Source: a bacterium
GTDB taxonomy: Bacteria > Bdellovibrionota_C > UBA2361 > CALJRW01
Direction of reading: 5' to 3'
Assembly: GCA_031385045.1 (NCBI GenBank)
Contig: JANNBC010000060.1
Span: 1 to 64,000, forward strand
DNA: 64,000 bases
Within the stretch, counting starts at the first letter, position 1. Each line of letters opens with the position of its first letter. The translations under genes and the position numbers were made by a program. Of this stretch, positions 53,279-63,164 are shown piece by piece. The notes below the pieces were generated by a model. That model was not told the origin of the DNA. It made no database searches and worked only from the letters and a program-made list of their open reading frames with translations.

Positions 53279-53442
53279 TCGCGCCCTTAGTAAATAAGTG
53301 TAAGTCGGCTTAATCAGGCACGGATTTTATTGAATTTTTCTGTTAAAACGAGAAAAATTGCTGATCCGAAAGAGTGATTAAGTTGTTTCGTTTGGCAAAA
53401 TTGATTTTGCTGTACTTGTGATTTTAAAAAATTGTAGAAATT

Positions 53443-53559
53443 ATGAAGGTTAGAGCTTCAGTCAAAAAAATTTGTGACTATTGTAAAGTGATTCGCCGCA
53501 AAGGTACTGTTCATGTGATTTGTGCCCGCAATCCTAAGCATAAACAAAGACAAGGTTAA
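53443..53559 (+). CDS. rpmJ: 50S ribosomal protein L36 (not in the ORF track)
   Basis: [38 protein letters not shown]. Confidence 0.98.
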   Translation: MKVRASVKKICDYCKVIRRKGTVHVICARNPKHKQRQG

Positions 53560-53591
53560 TTAAATTAAGATAACATTATAGAAGGAGAATT

Positions 53592-53975
53592 ATGGCTCGA
53601 ATTGGTGGTGTGGACTTGCCAAAGAAAAAAAGAGTGGAATACGCGCTTACTTACATTTATGGAGTAGGGCTTACTAGCTCACGCCGTATTTTAAACAGTG
53701 CGGGAATTGATTTATCTATTCGCTCAGAAAGTTTAACAGATGATCAAGTTGCGTCAATTCGTACCTTGTTGGAATCTGGTGCATACAAAATTGAAGGTGA
53801 TTTGAGAAGAGAAACTCAATCTAACCTTAAACGTTTGATGGATCTTGGTTGTTACCGTGGTCTTCGTCATCGTAAGGGCTTGCCTGCTCGTGGTCAAAGA
53901 ACACGAACAAATGCTCGCACACGTAAAGGACCAGTTAAGCAAGCAGTTGCTGGTAAGAAGATGATTAAGAAATAA
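53592..53975 (+). CDS. rpsM: 30S ribosomal protein S13
   Basis: [30 protein letters not shown]. Confidence 0.99.
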   Translation: MARIGGVDLPKKKRVEYALTYIYGVGLTSSRRILNSAGIDLSIRSESLTDDQVASIRTLLESGAYKIEGDLRRETQSNLKRLMDLGCYRGLRHRKGLPARGQRTRTNARTRKGPVKQAVAGKKMIKK

Positions 53976-53995
53976 TTTAATAATAGGAGTTTACC

Positions 53996-54397
53996 TTGGC
54001 TAAAGGAAAAGTTGTTGCTGTAGCAAAAAAGAAAAAAGCTAAAAAGAATGTTCCCGTGGGATTTGCCTACGTTAATTCTACTTTTAACAATACAATCGTA
54101 ACGATTACTGATCCGACTGGTAACGTAATCTCTTGGTCTAGCTCTGGAGCTCATGGCTTTAAGGGATCTCGTAAATCTACTCCTTTCGCAGCTCAGGTTG
54201 CGGGAGAGAACGCTGCTCGTAAGGCTCGAGAAGCTGCTGGAATGCGTTCAGTTGTAGCTTACGTTAATGGACCTGGTGCTGGACGTGAGTCTGCTCTTAG
54301 AGCAATCAATGGCGCTGGCTTGTCGATTACATTAATTAAAGATACGACTCCGGTTCCGCATAATGGTTGCCGACCAAGAAAAACTCGTCGCGTATAG
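53996..54397 (+). CDS. rpsK: 30S ribosomal protein S11 (TTG start)
   Basis: [29 protein letters not shown]. Confidence 0.98.
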   Translation: MAKGKVVAVAKKKKAKKNVPVGFAYVNSTFNNTIVTITDPTGNVISWSSSGAHGFKGSRKSTPFAAQVAGENAARKAREAAGMRSVVAYVNGPGAGRESALRAINGAGLSITLIKDTTPVPHNGCRPRKTRRV

Positions 54398-54464
54398 TAA
54401 TTAATAAACAGATTACAAACATTGCAATTTAGATTTGCAATAAAATTTTGAGAATGGAGACTGC

Positions 54465-55490
54465 ATGAAGAAAGTAAGATTAAGTGATATTATCAAACCA
54501 AAAAGAATCGAAGTGGAAGACAGTTCACAAGACGGAAGTTTTGGTAAGTTTGTTGCTGAGCCTTTAGAAAGAGGTTTTGGTTTAACAATCGGTAATGCGC
54601 TACGTCGTGTACTTCTTTCTACATTAGAAGGTTCTGCTATTACTTCGGTTCGCATTGATAAAGTGCAACATGAGTTTGCAACAATCTCTGGTGTCGTGGA
54701 AGATGTAACTGAAATTATCTTAAACTTAAAAGAAGTTGTTATTGATCTAAATGACAAAGATGTTGCGACTCTAAGAATCGTTAAGTCCGAAGCTGGTCCG
54801 GTGACTGCTGGTGATTTCGAAGGGGATCCTGCTGTTACGATTGTTAATGCTGCTCAACACGTTGCCACAATCTCTCCTGGCGGAAAAATTGATTTAGAAG
54901 TTACTGTACGTCGTGGACGTGGTTATGTAACTGCTGAGAAAAATAAAGTTGAAGGTGCACCAGATGGAACGATCTTTATCGACTCTATTTTCTCTCCAAT
55001 TCGTAAAGTTAACTTAAATGTTACAGACGCTCGTATTGGTCAAAGAACTGACTATGATAAATTAGTGCTAGAAGTTTGGACTGATGGAAGCATTGAGCCA
55101 CGAGTTGCTGTATCTCAAGCTGCTAACATTATTTATGATCAGTTAGCCTTGTTTGTTGGTGATGGTTTAATTGAAGTTCAACAAGAAGTTGTAACTGAAA
55201 TGCCAAAAGCTCAACTGAATGAAAATCTTTACCGTCGAATTGACGAACTAGAGTTAAGCGTCCGTAGCGCTAACTGTTTAGAAAACGCTGATATTAAATA
55301 TATCTGTGAATTAGTCAGCCGTAGTGAAGGGGAAATGTTAAGAACTAAAAACTTTGGTCGTAAGTCTTTAAATGAAATTAAAGAAATCTTGACTAAGATG
55401 AATTTAGGTTTGGGAATGGATATTGTTAGTGTGCCATCACGTGAAGAGCTTGACCGCTTGGCTCGTGAAGGTTCCGCAGAACAACTTTAA
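54465..55490 (+). CDS. rpoA: RNA polymerase alpha subunit
   Basis: EPLERGFG.TIGNALRR, LELSVRSANCL, NFGRKSL. Confidence 0.99.
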   Translation: MKKVRLSDIIKPKRIEVEDSSQDGSFGKFVAEPLERGFGLTIGNALRRVLLSTLEGSAITSVRIDKVQHEFATISGVVEDVTEIILNLKEVVIDLNDKDVATLRIVKSEAGPVTAGDFEGDPAVTIVNAAQHVATISPGGKIDLEVTVRRGRGYVTAEKNKVEGAPDGTIFIDSIFSPIRKVNLNVTDARIGQRTDYDKLVLEVWTDGSIEPRVAVSQAANIIYDQLALFVGDGLIEVQQEVVTEMPKAQLNENLYRRIDELELSVRSANCLENADIKYICELVSRSEGEMLRTKNFGRKSLNEIKEILTKMNLGLGMDIVSVPSREELDRLAREGSAEQL

Positions 55491-55500
55491 GGATTAAGAC

Positions 55501-55905
55501 ATGCGTCATAAGAAAAATTTTAGAAAATTTAAGAGAGAGTCTTCTCACCGTGTAGCAATGCTAAACAATTTAGTCACTTCATTGTTGCGTCACGAAAGAA
55601 TTAAAACAACTTTAGCAAAAGCTAAAGACCTTCGTGGTGTGATTGAGCCATTAATTACTAAGGCTGGGGAAGATAATATTCATAACCGTCGTCAAGCATA
55701 TAATACTGTTTTTGACAAAGCTGTTGTGCACAAATTATTTACTGAGCTTGGACCACGTTACCAAAAAAGAGCTGGTGGTTACACTAGAGTCTTAAAGATT
55801 GGTTCTCGTGCTGGGGATGCTGCTCCAATGGCAATCATTGAATTAGTTGATTCTCCGATGGTTGCAAAATCATTAGAAGAAGTCGCTGAAGCTACCGCTG
55901 CTTAG
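55501..55905 (+). CDS. rplQ: 50S ribosomal protein L17
   Basis: MRH, TTLAKAK, GGYTR..K...R.GD.APMA. Confidence 0.98.
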   Translation: MRHKKNFRKFKRESSHRVAMLNNLVTSLLRHERIKTTLAKAKDLRGVIEPLITKAGEDNIHNRRQAYNTVFDKAVVHKLFTELGPRYQKRAGGYTRVLKIGSRAGDAAPMAIIELVDSPMVAKSLEEVAEATAA

Positions 55906-55927
55906 GTTGACTCCCAAAAAAAGCTTT

Positions 55928-55986
55928 CCGTCGTCGCCATTAAATATTGTATAGTTTTTCAATAATTTCCTTGGCTATGACGTGAC
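55928..55986 (+). repeat. REP-like palindrome copy with apical insert
   Basis: cgtc-gtc-gcca[insert]tggc-tat-gacg; compensatory variant of 6536-6596. Confidence 0.55.
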
Positions 55987-56092
55987 AAGCCGACGCTCCG
56001 ATGAGGGGCTTTTTTTTGGTCTTTTTTATTACTAAAACCTGTAATGAGTGTTTGGTAAAAGATGTTTAGAACTTTATAATAAATAAAATACA

Positions 56093-56863
56093 ATGGATCT
56101 AAAGGGTAAAAAATTTCTAGTCCTGGGTGTTGCTAATGAAAAAAGTATTGCTTGGTCAATTACTCAGGCCTTGCATCAAGCAGGTGCTGAGCTTGCAATG
56201 ACTTATGTTAACGAAGCAATTGAGAAGCGCCTGCGACCATTAGCTGCCGAAGTTGATTGTAAGCTAATTTATCCATGTGATGTGCAAAGCGATGAAAGCT
56301 TGGATAAGCTTTTTATCGATCTGAAAGCTACTTGGGGAACTCTTGATGGTGTCATTCATTCAGTTGCTTTTGCTAATCGGGAAGATTTATCAAATCGTTT
56401 TTCTGCTACTTCTCGTGCTGGTTTTAACTTAGCATTAGATGTTTCTGCCTATTCTTTAATTGCAGTTGCTGCTCGTGCAGCTGTTATGATGAAAGAAAAT
56501 GGTGGAACTATCTTAACATTAACTTATCTGGGAGCAGTTCGCGCTATTCCTAATTATAATGTGATGGGAGTTGCCAAGGCCGCTTTAGAAGCATCTGTTC
56601 GTTACCTAGCTGCTGATTTAGGTCAGGATAATATTAGAGTAAATGCAATTTCTGCTGGCCCAATAAAAACCCTAGCGGCCTCTGGCATTCCCGGCTTTAG
56701 AGAAATGCTGACTAAGTTTGCTGAGGCGGCACCACTTAAGCGCAATGTTACTCAAGAAGATGTTGCTAAGTCGGCTTTATTTTATTTGAGTGATTATAGC
56801 TGTGGAATTACTGGTGAGATTACCTATGTTGACTGTGGTTTTAGCACTGTCGGCTTAATCTAG
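56093..56863 (+). CDS. fabI: Enoyl-ACP reductase
   Basis: GVANEKSIAW, YNVMGVAKAALE, SAGPIKTLAA. Confidence 0.97.
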   Translation: MDLKGKKFLVLGVANEKSIAWSITQALHQAGAELAMTYVNEAIEKRLRPLAAEVDCKLIYPCDVQSDESLDKLFIDLKATWGTLDGVIHSVAFANREDLSNRFSATSRAGFNLALDVSAYSLIAVAARAAVMMKENGGTILTLTYLGAVRAIPNYNVMGVAKAALEASVRYLAADLGQDNIRVNAISAGPIKTLAASGIPGFREMLTKFAEAAPLKRNVTQEDVAKSALFYLSDYSCGITGEITYVDCGFSTVGLI

Positions 56864-56886
56864 TATCAAAATTAAAGCATGATCAG

Positions 56887-56923
56887 AAGGTCTGGGATTT
56901 TAAGAAATCTCAGGCCTTTTTTT
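56887..56923 (+). terminator. Intrinsic terminator after fabI
   Basis: aggtctgggattt/aaatctcaggcct plus T-run. Confidence 0.8.
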
Positions 56924-56971
56924 ATTGTTAGAACTATATTAATCTTAAGCTAAGTCTATAAGATCCCAATC

Positions 56972-57556
56972 ATGAAAAAACTGCTAGTTACCTTTTTCTC
57001 AATTAATCTACTTGCCTGTGGTTTTCAGTTTCAAGGAAGTGGAAGTGTTTTACCTAGTTCTATTAAGACAGTTTATATTAAAGATGTAATTAATAATTCT
57101 ACAGAATCTCAAGCTGGATTGCTATTAACAGAAGCACTAAAGGATCGTTTTGATCGCTATGGAACTCTTCAGGTTGTGGAGTCGGAGTTAGCAGCAGATG
57201 CTGTTTTAGAAACAGAAATTATACGTTTTGAACGACAATCAGCCGCCGTTACAGCTGCTACAGATACCGCCTTACAACAGGATACAATCATGGGAATATC
57301 CGCCGAGCTAGTTTCTAACGCTGGTGTAACTCTGTGGTCTAATCCCAGAATAACTTTGTCGCAGACTTTTGGTTCCGCAGCTAATGCCGTGGTCACTTCA
57401 GCACCAGGTTTTGCCTCAGGTGGTTTGAACGCTAGTGATTTAGGAAAGCTAAATGAACGTGAGATTGCTCGTAGTCAAGAAGGACAGATAGTTGAGGATA
57501 TGACAGAGCTTGCTGCTAAAAAGATCTATGAGCAAGCAGTGTTGCCGGAATTCTAG
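56972..57556 (+). CDS. lptE: LptE-family LPS-assembly lipoprotein
   Basis: Lipobox LLAC followed by GFQF.G...LP..IKTVYI....N. Confidence 0.75.
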   Translation: MKKLLVTFFSINLLACGFQFQGSGSVLPSSIKTVYIKDVINNSTESQAGLLLTEALKDRFDRYGTLQVVESELAADAVLETEIIRFERQSAAVTAATDTALQQDTIMGISAELVSNAGVTLWSNPRITLSQTFGSAANAVVTSAPGFASGGLNASDLGKLNEREIARSQEGQIVEDMTELAAKKIYEQAVLPEF

Positions 57557-57566
57557 ATTATTCAGG

Positions 57567-58340
57567 TTATAAATCTATCCGTTCAATTTCTAGGCAATTG
57601 CCACTTGTCTGATCGATGTTAGCAAGAATGCCAGAAACTTTTTCTTCTCCTATCCCAGGTTCAAAATGAGTAGGGACATCTAAAAATCTCTGTATTGCAG
57701 CTTCTTGATCCATCCCAATTACATGGGCATAGCTTCCACAAATTCCTAAGTCAGTAACATAGCCAGTACCTTTGCTGATTTGATGGTCAGCAGTTGGAAC
57801 GTGTGTGTGTGTTCCAACTATTAAGCTGACCTTACCAGAAAGAAATCTAAATAGAGCATACTTTTCCGACGTTGCTTCAGCATGAAAATCTATTACTTTA
57901 ATTGGACAATCTGCAAATTCTTTGTCAATTAAAGATTCTGCTAAGCGAAAAGGGCAGTCGCTAAGGGTTGGCATAAAGACTCGACCAATAATATTTAGTA
58001 CGGCGATCTTAGTTCCTTGAAATTCAATAATTGAATAACCTTTGCCACCACTTTTGGCATAAAGATTTGCTGGGCGAATAATTTTTGGATTTTGATCAAG
58101 AACTGGAATGATTTTTTTTTCATCCCAACAGTGATCTCCTAGTGTAATGAAATCAACTCCAGCTTTGAATAAATCATTGGCAATTTGTGGGGAGATTCCG
58201 CGACCACCAGCGGAGTTTTCTCCATTTACGAATAGTAAGTCGTACTGGTATTTAGCTTTTAATTCTGGAATTTTGCTAATTACAATTTGACGACCAGAAC
58301 GCCCAACTATGTCTCCTAGAAAGGCGATCTTGATTGTCAT
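57567..58340 (-). CDS. YmdB/TIGR00282 family metallophosphoesterase
   Basis: GDIVGRSGR, NGENSAGG.G, DFHAEATSEK, GTHTHVPTAD. Confidence 0.93.
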   Translation of the reverse strand: MTIKIAFLGDIVGRSGRQIVISKIPELKAKYQYDLLFVNGENSAGGRGISPQIANDLFKAGVDFITLGDHCWDEKKIIPVLDQNPKIIRPANLYAKSGGKGYSIIEFQGTKIAVLNIIGRVFMPTLSDCPFRLAESLIDKEFADCPIKVIDFHAEATSEKYALFRFLSGKVSLIVGTHTHVPTADHQISKGTGYVTDLGICGSYAHVIGMDQEAAIQRFLDVPTHFEPGIGEEKVSGILANIDQTSGNCLEIERIDL

Positions 58341-58748
58341 TTATGAAATTCTAAAAGCAGTAGATTGAAGTTCCGTAGCTAGTAAATTAAAAGTTCTTGA
58401 TGTTAATAATTTTAGACTGGCATCATTAACCAATTTGCCAGAGTTATTAGCAACACTTTCATATTGTAAAACTAATTCGTTCATTGCTGGGCGAGAAGTA
58501 TAGCCAGCTTGTTTTATTAATTTACGAAGGCTTTTGGCAATATCTGTGGCAATTGTGTGATCCGTAACCACAAGTTCTAACTTCTCTGTTAACGGTGTTA
58601 GTTCTGCCTTGGCAGGTGTTTCTACAGTTGCAACTTTAGCATAACGTTCTTTCGCTAATGTTAGGAGTGTATCTACTGATTTATATTCGCCACGCGGGGC
58701 ACAAGCAGAGATTAGGCAAAGGAATACGATAGCAATGATTTTTAACAT
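58341..58748 (-). CDS. Hypothetical lipoprotein (ATG at 58748 preferred)
   Basis: MLKIIAIVFLCLISAC lipobox; stop abuts the next start. Confidence 0.65.
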   Translation of the reverse strand: MLKIIAIVFLCLISACAPRGEYKSVDTLLTLAKERYAKVATVETPAKAELTPLTEKLELVVTDHTIATDIAKSLRKLIKQAGYTSRPAMNELVLQYESVANNSGKLVNDASLKLLTSRTFNLLATELQSTAFRIS

Positions 58749-58965
58749 AATAATTAAGTAAGAAAATTCGGCTTTTGATGCTGTGAATCTTAGCAATTCA
58801 AACCGCCAAGAATTTACTATAAATTCTATAAACAATCCAGAGTGCTTTTCGGAACTTGTAAGGAGTAAATTTGCTCCAAAAATTAGCTTTTGCTATTGTT
58901 TTAAAAGAGTTCTTTTAAAACATTTTCTGATTTTTAATTGAGTATTTTTCTTTTGCTATTTAATT

Positions 58966-59490
58966 ATGATTAAGCCTGACCATTGGATTAGAAAATTTGG
59001 GGAGAGTGGTGGAATTATTCCCTTTGTGTCTGAGCAAGTTAATCCAGCTTCTTATGATGTGACCATTGGCAATGATTGGATTTGTCCAACTAGAGAACCA
59101 GAAGCCTTTACTGCAGATCAGATCACTTTATTTCCAGGCGAGGTCGTTTTAGCTACCACTCAAGAGATAGTAAAATTACCAAGAGATGTTGTGGCTGATT
59201 TAAAGCTTAAAAGTACCTTAGGTCGACTTTGGTTAAATCATAGTTTGAGTGGTTGGATTGATTGTAATTTTCAGGGGCAAATTACCCTGGAGTTGCAGAA
59301 TTTAGGCCCTCATCCAAGGTTACTTAGGGCTGGAATGAGAGTCGCACAGCTTGTATTTTTACAGATGGAATCTGCGCCGGATGTTGCCTATGGAGAGGGT
59401 GGAAAGGGGCATTATCAGGGGCAGACGGGGACTACGGTGGCTTGGAAAGAGGATTTTTTCCCAGTTAATTCTGACAATAAAAAGCTATAG
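58966..59490 (+). CDS. dcd: dCTP deaminase
   Basis: VNPASYDV, KSTLGR, GWID..F.GQITLE, Y.GQ. Confidence 0.9.
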   Translation: MIKPDHWIRKFGESGGIIPFVSEQVNPASYDVTIGNDWICPTREPEAFTADQITLFPGEVVLATTQEIVKLPRDVVADLKLKSTLGRLWLNHSLSGWIDCNFQGQITLELQNLGPHPRLLRAGMRVAQLVFLQMESAPDVAYGEGGKGHYQGQTGTTVAWKEDFFPVNSDNKKL

Positions 59491-59507
59491 GTTTGGATGT
59501 GAAAACA

Positions 59508-59535
59508 GTCCGCCTATGCTAAAGCTATGGCGGAT
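59508..59535 (+). repeat. REP-like palindrome, minimal copy
   Basis: gtccgcc-tat-gctaaagc-tat-ggcggat. Confidence 0.75.
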
Positions 59536-59616
59536 GACTTCATATGAGGTCAAAAGAGGACTTTTTTTCTGGTTAATTCGGATAATAAGTAACCATAGAG
59601 TTTGGGAGTCCAGTCA

Positions 59617-59710
59617 GTCCGCCTTCGCTTCCTCTTGCGATAAAGCTATGGCGCGATGCCTTGGCAGGGGCCAAGGCACTTCGGCGACCCCATCGCGTAG
59701 AGCGAGGGGG
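59617..59710 (+). repeat. Compound REP-like element with extra GC-rich hairpins
   Basis: gtccgccttcgc, taaagctatggcg, tgccttggc/gccaaggca, cttcggcg. Confidence 0.6.
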
Positions 59711-59769
59711 TTGAGTCTATCTTAAAAATTTGCTATAAGAAGGCTCTAAATTTCTATATATTTATTAAA

Positions 59770-60033
59770 ATGGCCAATAAAAAATCTTCTAAAAAACGTA
59801 TTGTACAGACTGCTGTGAAAAATACTCGTAATTCTATGGTTCGTTCTGCTTGCCGTACTGCTGAAAAAAGCCTTAGAACACTAGTACTTGCAAATAATAA
59901 AGAAGAAGCTAGCAAAGCTTTTGCTACAGCTGAGAAGAAATTTACTTCTGCTGCTAGTAAAGGGATTTATCATAAAAATACAGTAGCTAGAAAAATTAGC
60001 CGACTTTCTAAGTTGCTTACTAAAGTAGCTTAA
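59770..60033 (+). CDS. rpsT: 30S ribosomal protein S20
   Basis: MANKKSSKKR, KGIYHKN...RK.SRL. Confidence 0.97.
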   Translation: MANKKSSKKRIVQTAVKNTRNSMVRSACRTAEKSLRTLVLANNKEEASKAFATAEKKFTSAASKGIYHKNTVARKISRLSKLLTKVA

Positions 60034-60087
60034 TATCCCTTCTGTCTGATGGTATCTAGTGTTTAGGTATCATCATGTTACTCCGTT

Positions 60088-60864
60088 CTATTTCCGTGAC
60101 ATCCATAGTAACTGAAACATTTGTCTCTGGTTTGACGCAAAGACAGTGTCCTTCAAGACAAAAGCATAATGAGGTTTTTGTCGACTCATAATAGTTATCA
60201 CATACTCCCCAAGAATCCAGATTGTGCTGGAAAACTGTGATTTATCTGGAACGATTTTAATCGTACGATTCCGGATTTGACCTTTAAGCTTGCTTTCGAT
60301 TTCTGATTTATTGGAGAATAGTTTTATTTGCTCATCTTTAGTTCTTAACTCCCAGTAATAATTTAGCCAGTCAAAGTATTGTTCCACAAATCCATGATCC
60401 TGATATCCCCACCAAGTATTATCATAGTGTGCGATGCTTTTTTGCCAATTAAAGCAGTCCTCGTAGAGCATCTTATTAACTTCACTAGTACCTTCGTAAA
60501 ATTTTAATTTGGGAATGCTATAGTTAGTACTTTTAAAAAATGGTTCGACTTCTTTGATTAGTTCACTCGCCAACGCCTTCTTAATTTGCATTTTTTCTTG
60601 AAAAGCTTTTTCTTCCGATTCTAACATTTTAAGAATGGCTGAAGCCTCTGTTGCTTGATAGTATGTTTGATCGGCCTCTTTAAGCTGACTTACTAAATTT
60701 TTTTGTTCTAAGGTTTCTAGGATAGAGTAGGTGGTTGGTCTTTTTAGATTGCAAAGTTTAGCAATATTACTAGCTGAGCTTTTGCCACTTTCTGCTAGTT
60801 GTAAATAAACTCGTGCTTCCTTGAGGCTCAGGCCAATTTTACTAAAGTAGTCTTCTAATAGCAT
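60088..60864 (-). CDS. TrmB-family HTH transcriptional regulator (ATG at 60864 preferred)
   Basis: IGLS.KEARVYL.L, RPTTYSILE.L..K.LV, KFYEG. Confidence 0.85.
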   Translation of the reverse strand: MLLEDYFSKIGLSLKEARVYLQLAESGKSSASNIAKLCNLKRPTTYSILETLEQKNLVSQLKEADQTYYQATEASAILKMLESEEKAFQEKMQIKKALASELIKEVEPFFKSTNYSIPKLKFYEGTSEVNKMLYEDCFNWQKSIAHYDNTWWGYQDHGFVEQYFDWLNYYWELRTKDEQIKLFSNKSEIESKLKGQIRNRTIKIVPDKSQFSSTIWILGEYVITIMSRQKPHYAFVLKDTVFASNQRQMFQLLWMSRK

Positions 60865-61020
60865 ATTGTTGAAATGTTTTTGACAAAGTAACATATTAAA
60901 AATACTCTTTTTTATTGAGTTTTTCAATTTGTTTTCTAATTATTTTTGACTAACAAACAAATTACCTTAGATTATGATTAAAAATTTTCTTATATTTGGA
61001 ATATAAATAATATAAATAAT

Positions 61021-62109
61021 ATGAATGTTATTAAGTTGCTACTTATCGCTATTTTTATCTTAATAACTCAAAGCGCTGAAGCCTTAGAAAAAGAATTTAA
61101 AATTGGCGTGATGCTTTGCTTGACTGGTGATTGCGCTGAGTGGGGGAATAATTCACTAAAGGGTATTCAGCTTGCAGTAAAAGAATTAAATGCTAACTCA
61201 GGTATTCTCGGTCGTCAGGTCTCCATTATTGTTGAAGATACACGAGAAGGCGCAGGAGGAGCTAATGCGATCGCAGCTTATCAGAATTTAATTTTAAATT
61301 CAGAAATTCAATATTTAATTGGACCAACTTGGTCAATTGGTGGAGCTCCATTAGCACCAATAATTGCTAAGAATAAGAATTTAATTGCTACTTCTCCCTC
61401 CCTCGGGATTGCTGATTTTAACGAAGCTGGAAATCATATTTTTAATGTTTGGCCACATGATTCTGTTTCTTCCGAGAAACTAGCTGAATATGCCATTGCC
61501 CAAGGTTGGAAGCGGGGAGTCATTTTTGATGCTAACGATCCTTGGGGTGTTGTACAGGCTGATACCTTTGCTCTGAAGTTTCAAGAACTTGGAGGTGAAG
61601 TGATTAAGAGAGTTAGTAATACTCCTGATGCCAGTAGCTTTCGAGCAGAAGCCTTAACGGTAAAACAATTAAATCCAGACTTTGTTTTTCAAGCAAATAT
61701 GTACAAGATGGCGCAGTTTGCCAAAGATTTAAAACGAATATCCTTTGGTGGAAAACAAATTACAATTTTAATGGATGAGACCAGGCTGCATGAGTCTCAA
61801 GGGGCACTAGAAGGTGCAATTTTTGCTAAGTATCCAGAGCCAACAGGGGAGTTCATCCGAAAATATAATCAAGAGTACAATACAAATCCTGGGGTGACTG
61901 CTGATACTGCTTATGATGTCATCAAGCTATATGCTTTAGCAATTAGTCGAGTAGGTACTTTTGATTTGAATCAAGTTCAGAAAGAAATGTTAAAAATAAA
62001 AATGGATGGAGCATCAGGAGGATTATCTTTTGATGCCAAAGGTGGTGTCGTGAAGGAGCCGGCTATTTATCAAGTCGTTAATGAGCAAGAATTGCCTATT
62101 ACTAAATAG
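61021..62109 (+). CDS. Branched-chain amino acid (LivJ-like) ABC substrate-binding protein
   Basis: Signal peptide, KIG....LTG..AEWG, GILGR, AYD, GASG...FD..G. Confidence 0.85.
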   Translation: MNVIKLLLIAIFILITQSAEALEKEFKIGVMLCLTGDCAEWGNNSLKGIQLAVKELNANSGILGRQVSIIVEDTREGAGGANAIAAYQNLILNSEIQYLIGPTWSIGGAPLAPIIAKNKNLIATSPSLGIADFNEAGNHIFNVWPHDSVSSEKLAEYAIAQGWKRGVIFDANDPWGVVQADTFALKFQELGGEVIKRVSNTPDASSFRAEALTVKQLNPDFVFQANMYKMAQFAKDLKRISFGGKQITILMDETRLHESQGALEGAIFAKYPEPTGEFIRKYNQEYNTNPGVTADTAYDVIKLYALAISRVGTFDLNQVQKEMLKIKMDGASGGLSFDAKGGVVKEPAIYQVVNEQELPITK

Positions 62110-62190
62110 TTCGGTTAATCTGATGGGTGAATTTCATATCAGAAGAATAGTAGTTGATCAAAGCTAAAGTAATTACTAATCATATCTGAT

Positions 62191-62721
62191 ATGAGTAATG
62201 TGAGTGGTTTTACGCTTATCGAGTTGTATCCTTGGGATTGTATCAGGCATGGCCGTTTCAAATTACCGAAAGTATCGAGAGAGCGCTTATGATATTCAAG
62301 TTGTTGCCCTAAGTCGTAATCTAGCAACGGCAGGTCAGGTTATATGTTCTGAGTTAGAAGAGAAATCCTCAGAGATTGAGGCCTATGGAAATCCTGGTAG
62401 CGATTATCATGGCGGTAATAATGACGTAGGTGGGAATTGTGGGAATATAACCCCTATGGAGTAACCTCAATTTGGACTCTTTTTGGCGGAGACTTCGCCC
62501 AATCAGGAAGTATGTATCAAGTAGAAATTCAGAGAGCTTACGGAATGTCAGGTGCGGCTGGATTTACAGAAACATTTCACAGCGTAGCCTTGCATTGTTT
62601 AGGACGGAATTTTTATGAGGCCTTTGATGATGGTCAGGCAGTGGCAACTGGTGGAAATACTTTTTTGATGTTCGCCAATGATTGGTGTCCACGATTCGGT
62701 TTTGCAGTAAGAACAAACTAA
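62191..62721 (+). pseudogene. Frameshifted type IV pilin-like gene
   Basis: MSNVSG-FTLIEL prepilin motif, then a shift into ILGIVSGMAVSNYRKYRESAYD; second shift near 62425-62461; C-terminal Cys pair. Confidence 0.75.
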
Positions 62722-63164
62722 CAGCCTTTAGTTAGTACTGGTTAGGGGTCTGTTCTTATTCTTGCAGGCTTATTGAGCCAAAAATAATATTAGCTAACTT
62801 GTAACAATCATCTCTAGCAGTTGTTCAAGGGACAGCTTTCTATGAAGTTTAAAAGCTTCAATCTGGATACTAAGTTGTGAGCAATTCGGGTGATTCGTAA
62901 TCCTTCTGCCGTTACAAAAACTTTAGTCAGCGAGCTTTTCACAATTTACTTCGTAAATTTAGGCCTTTAGGTAGATTTTGTCTTTCCGAGTTTTTACCTT
63001 ACCGCTAAATGATTATTTATCTGTTCAGCTCATAATTTTAGCTTGAAAAAAAGGATAGTCACGTCTATTGTTTTGTTATATAAATTCGATGTTGCTGAAT
63101 TTAGGTGATTGCATTAAAAGTACCTACAACATCTTAATCTTTCAATTATTATTAAAATACAAAT

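Noticed and set aside
59351..59725. 124-aa ORF
   Set aside because: Overlaps dcd and reads through REP-like palindromes; artefact.
62745..63000. Possible transposase remnant on the minus strand near ggggtctgtt
   Set aside because: No convincing motif in hand translation; needs tblastx.
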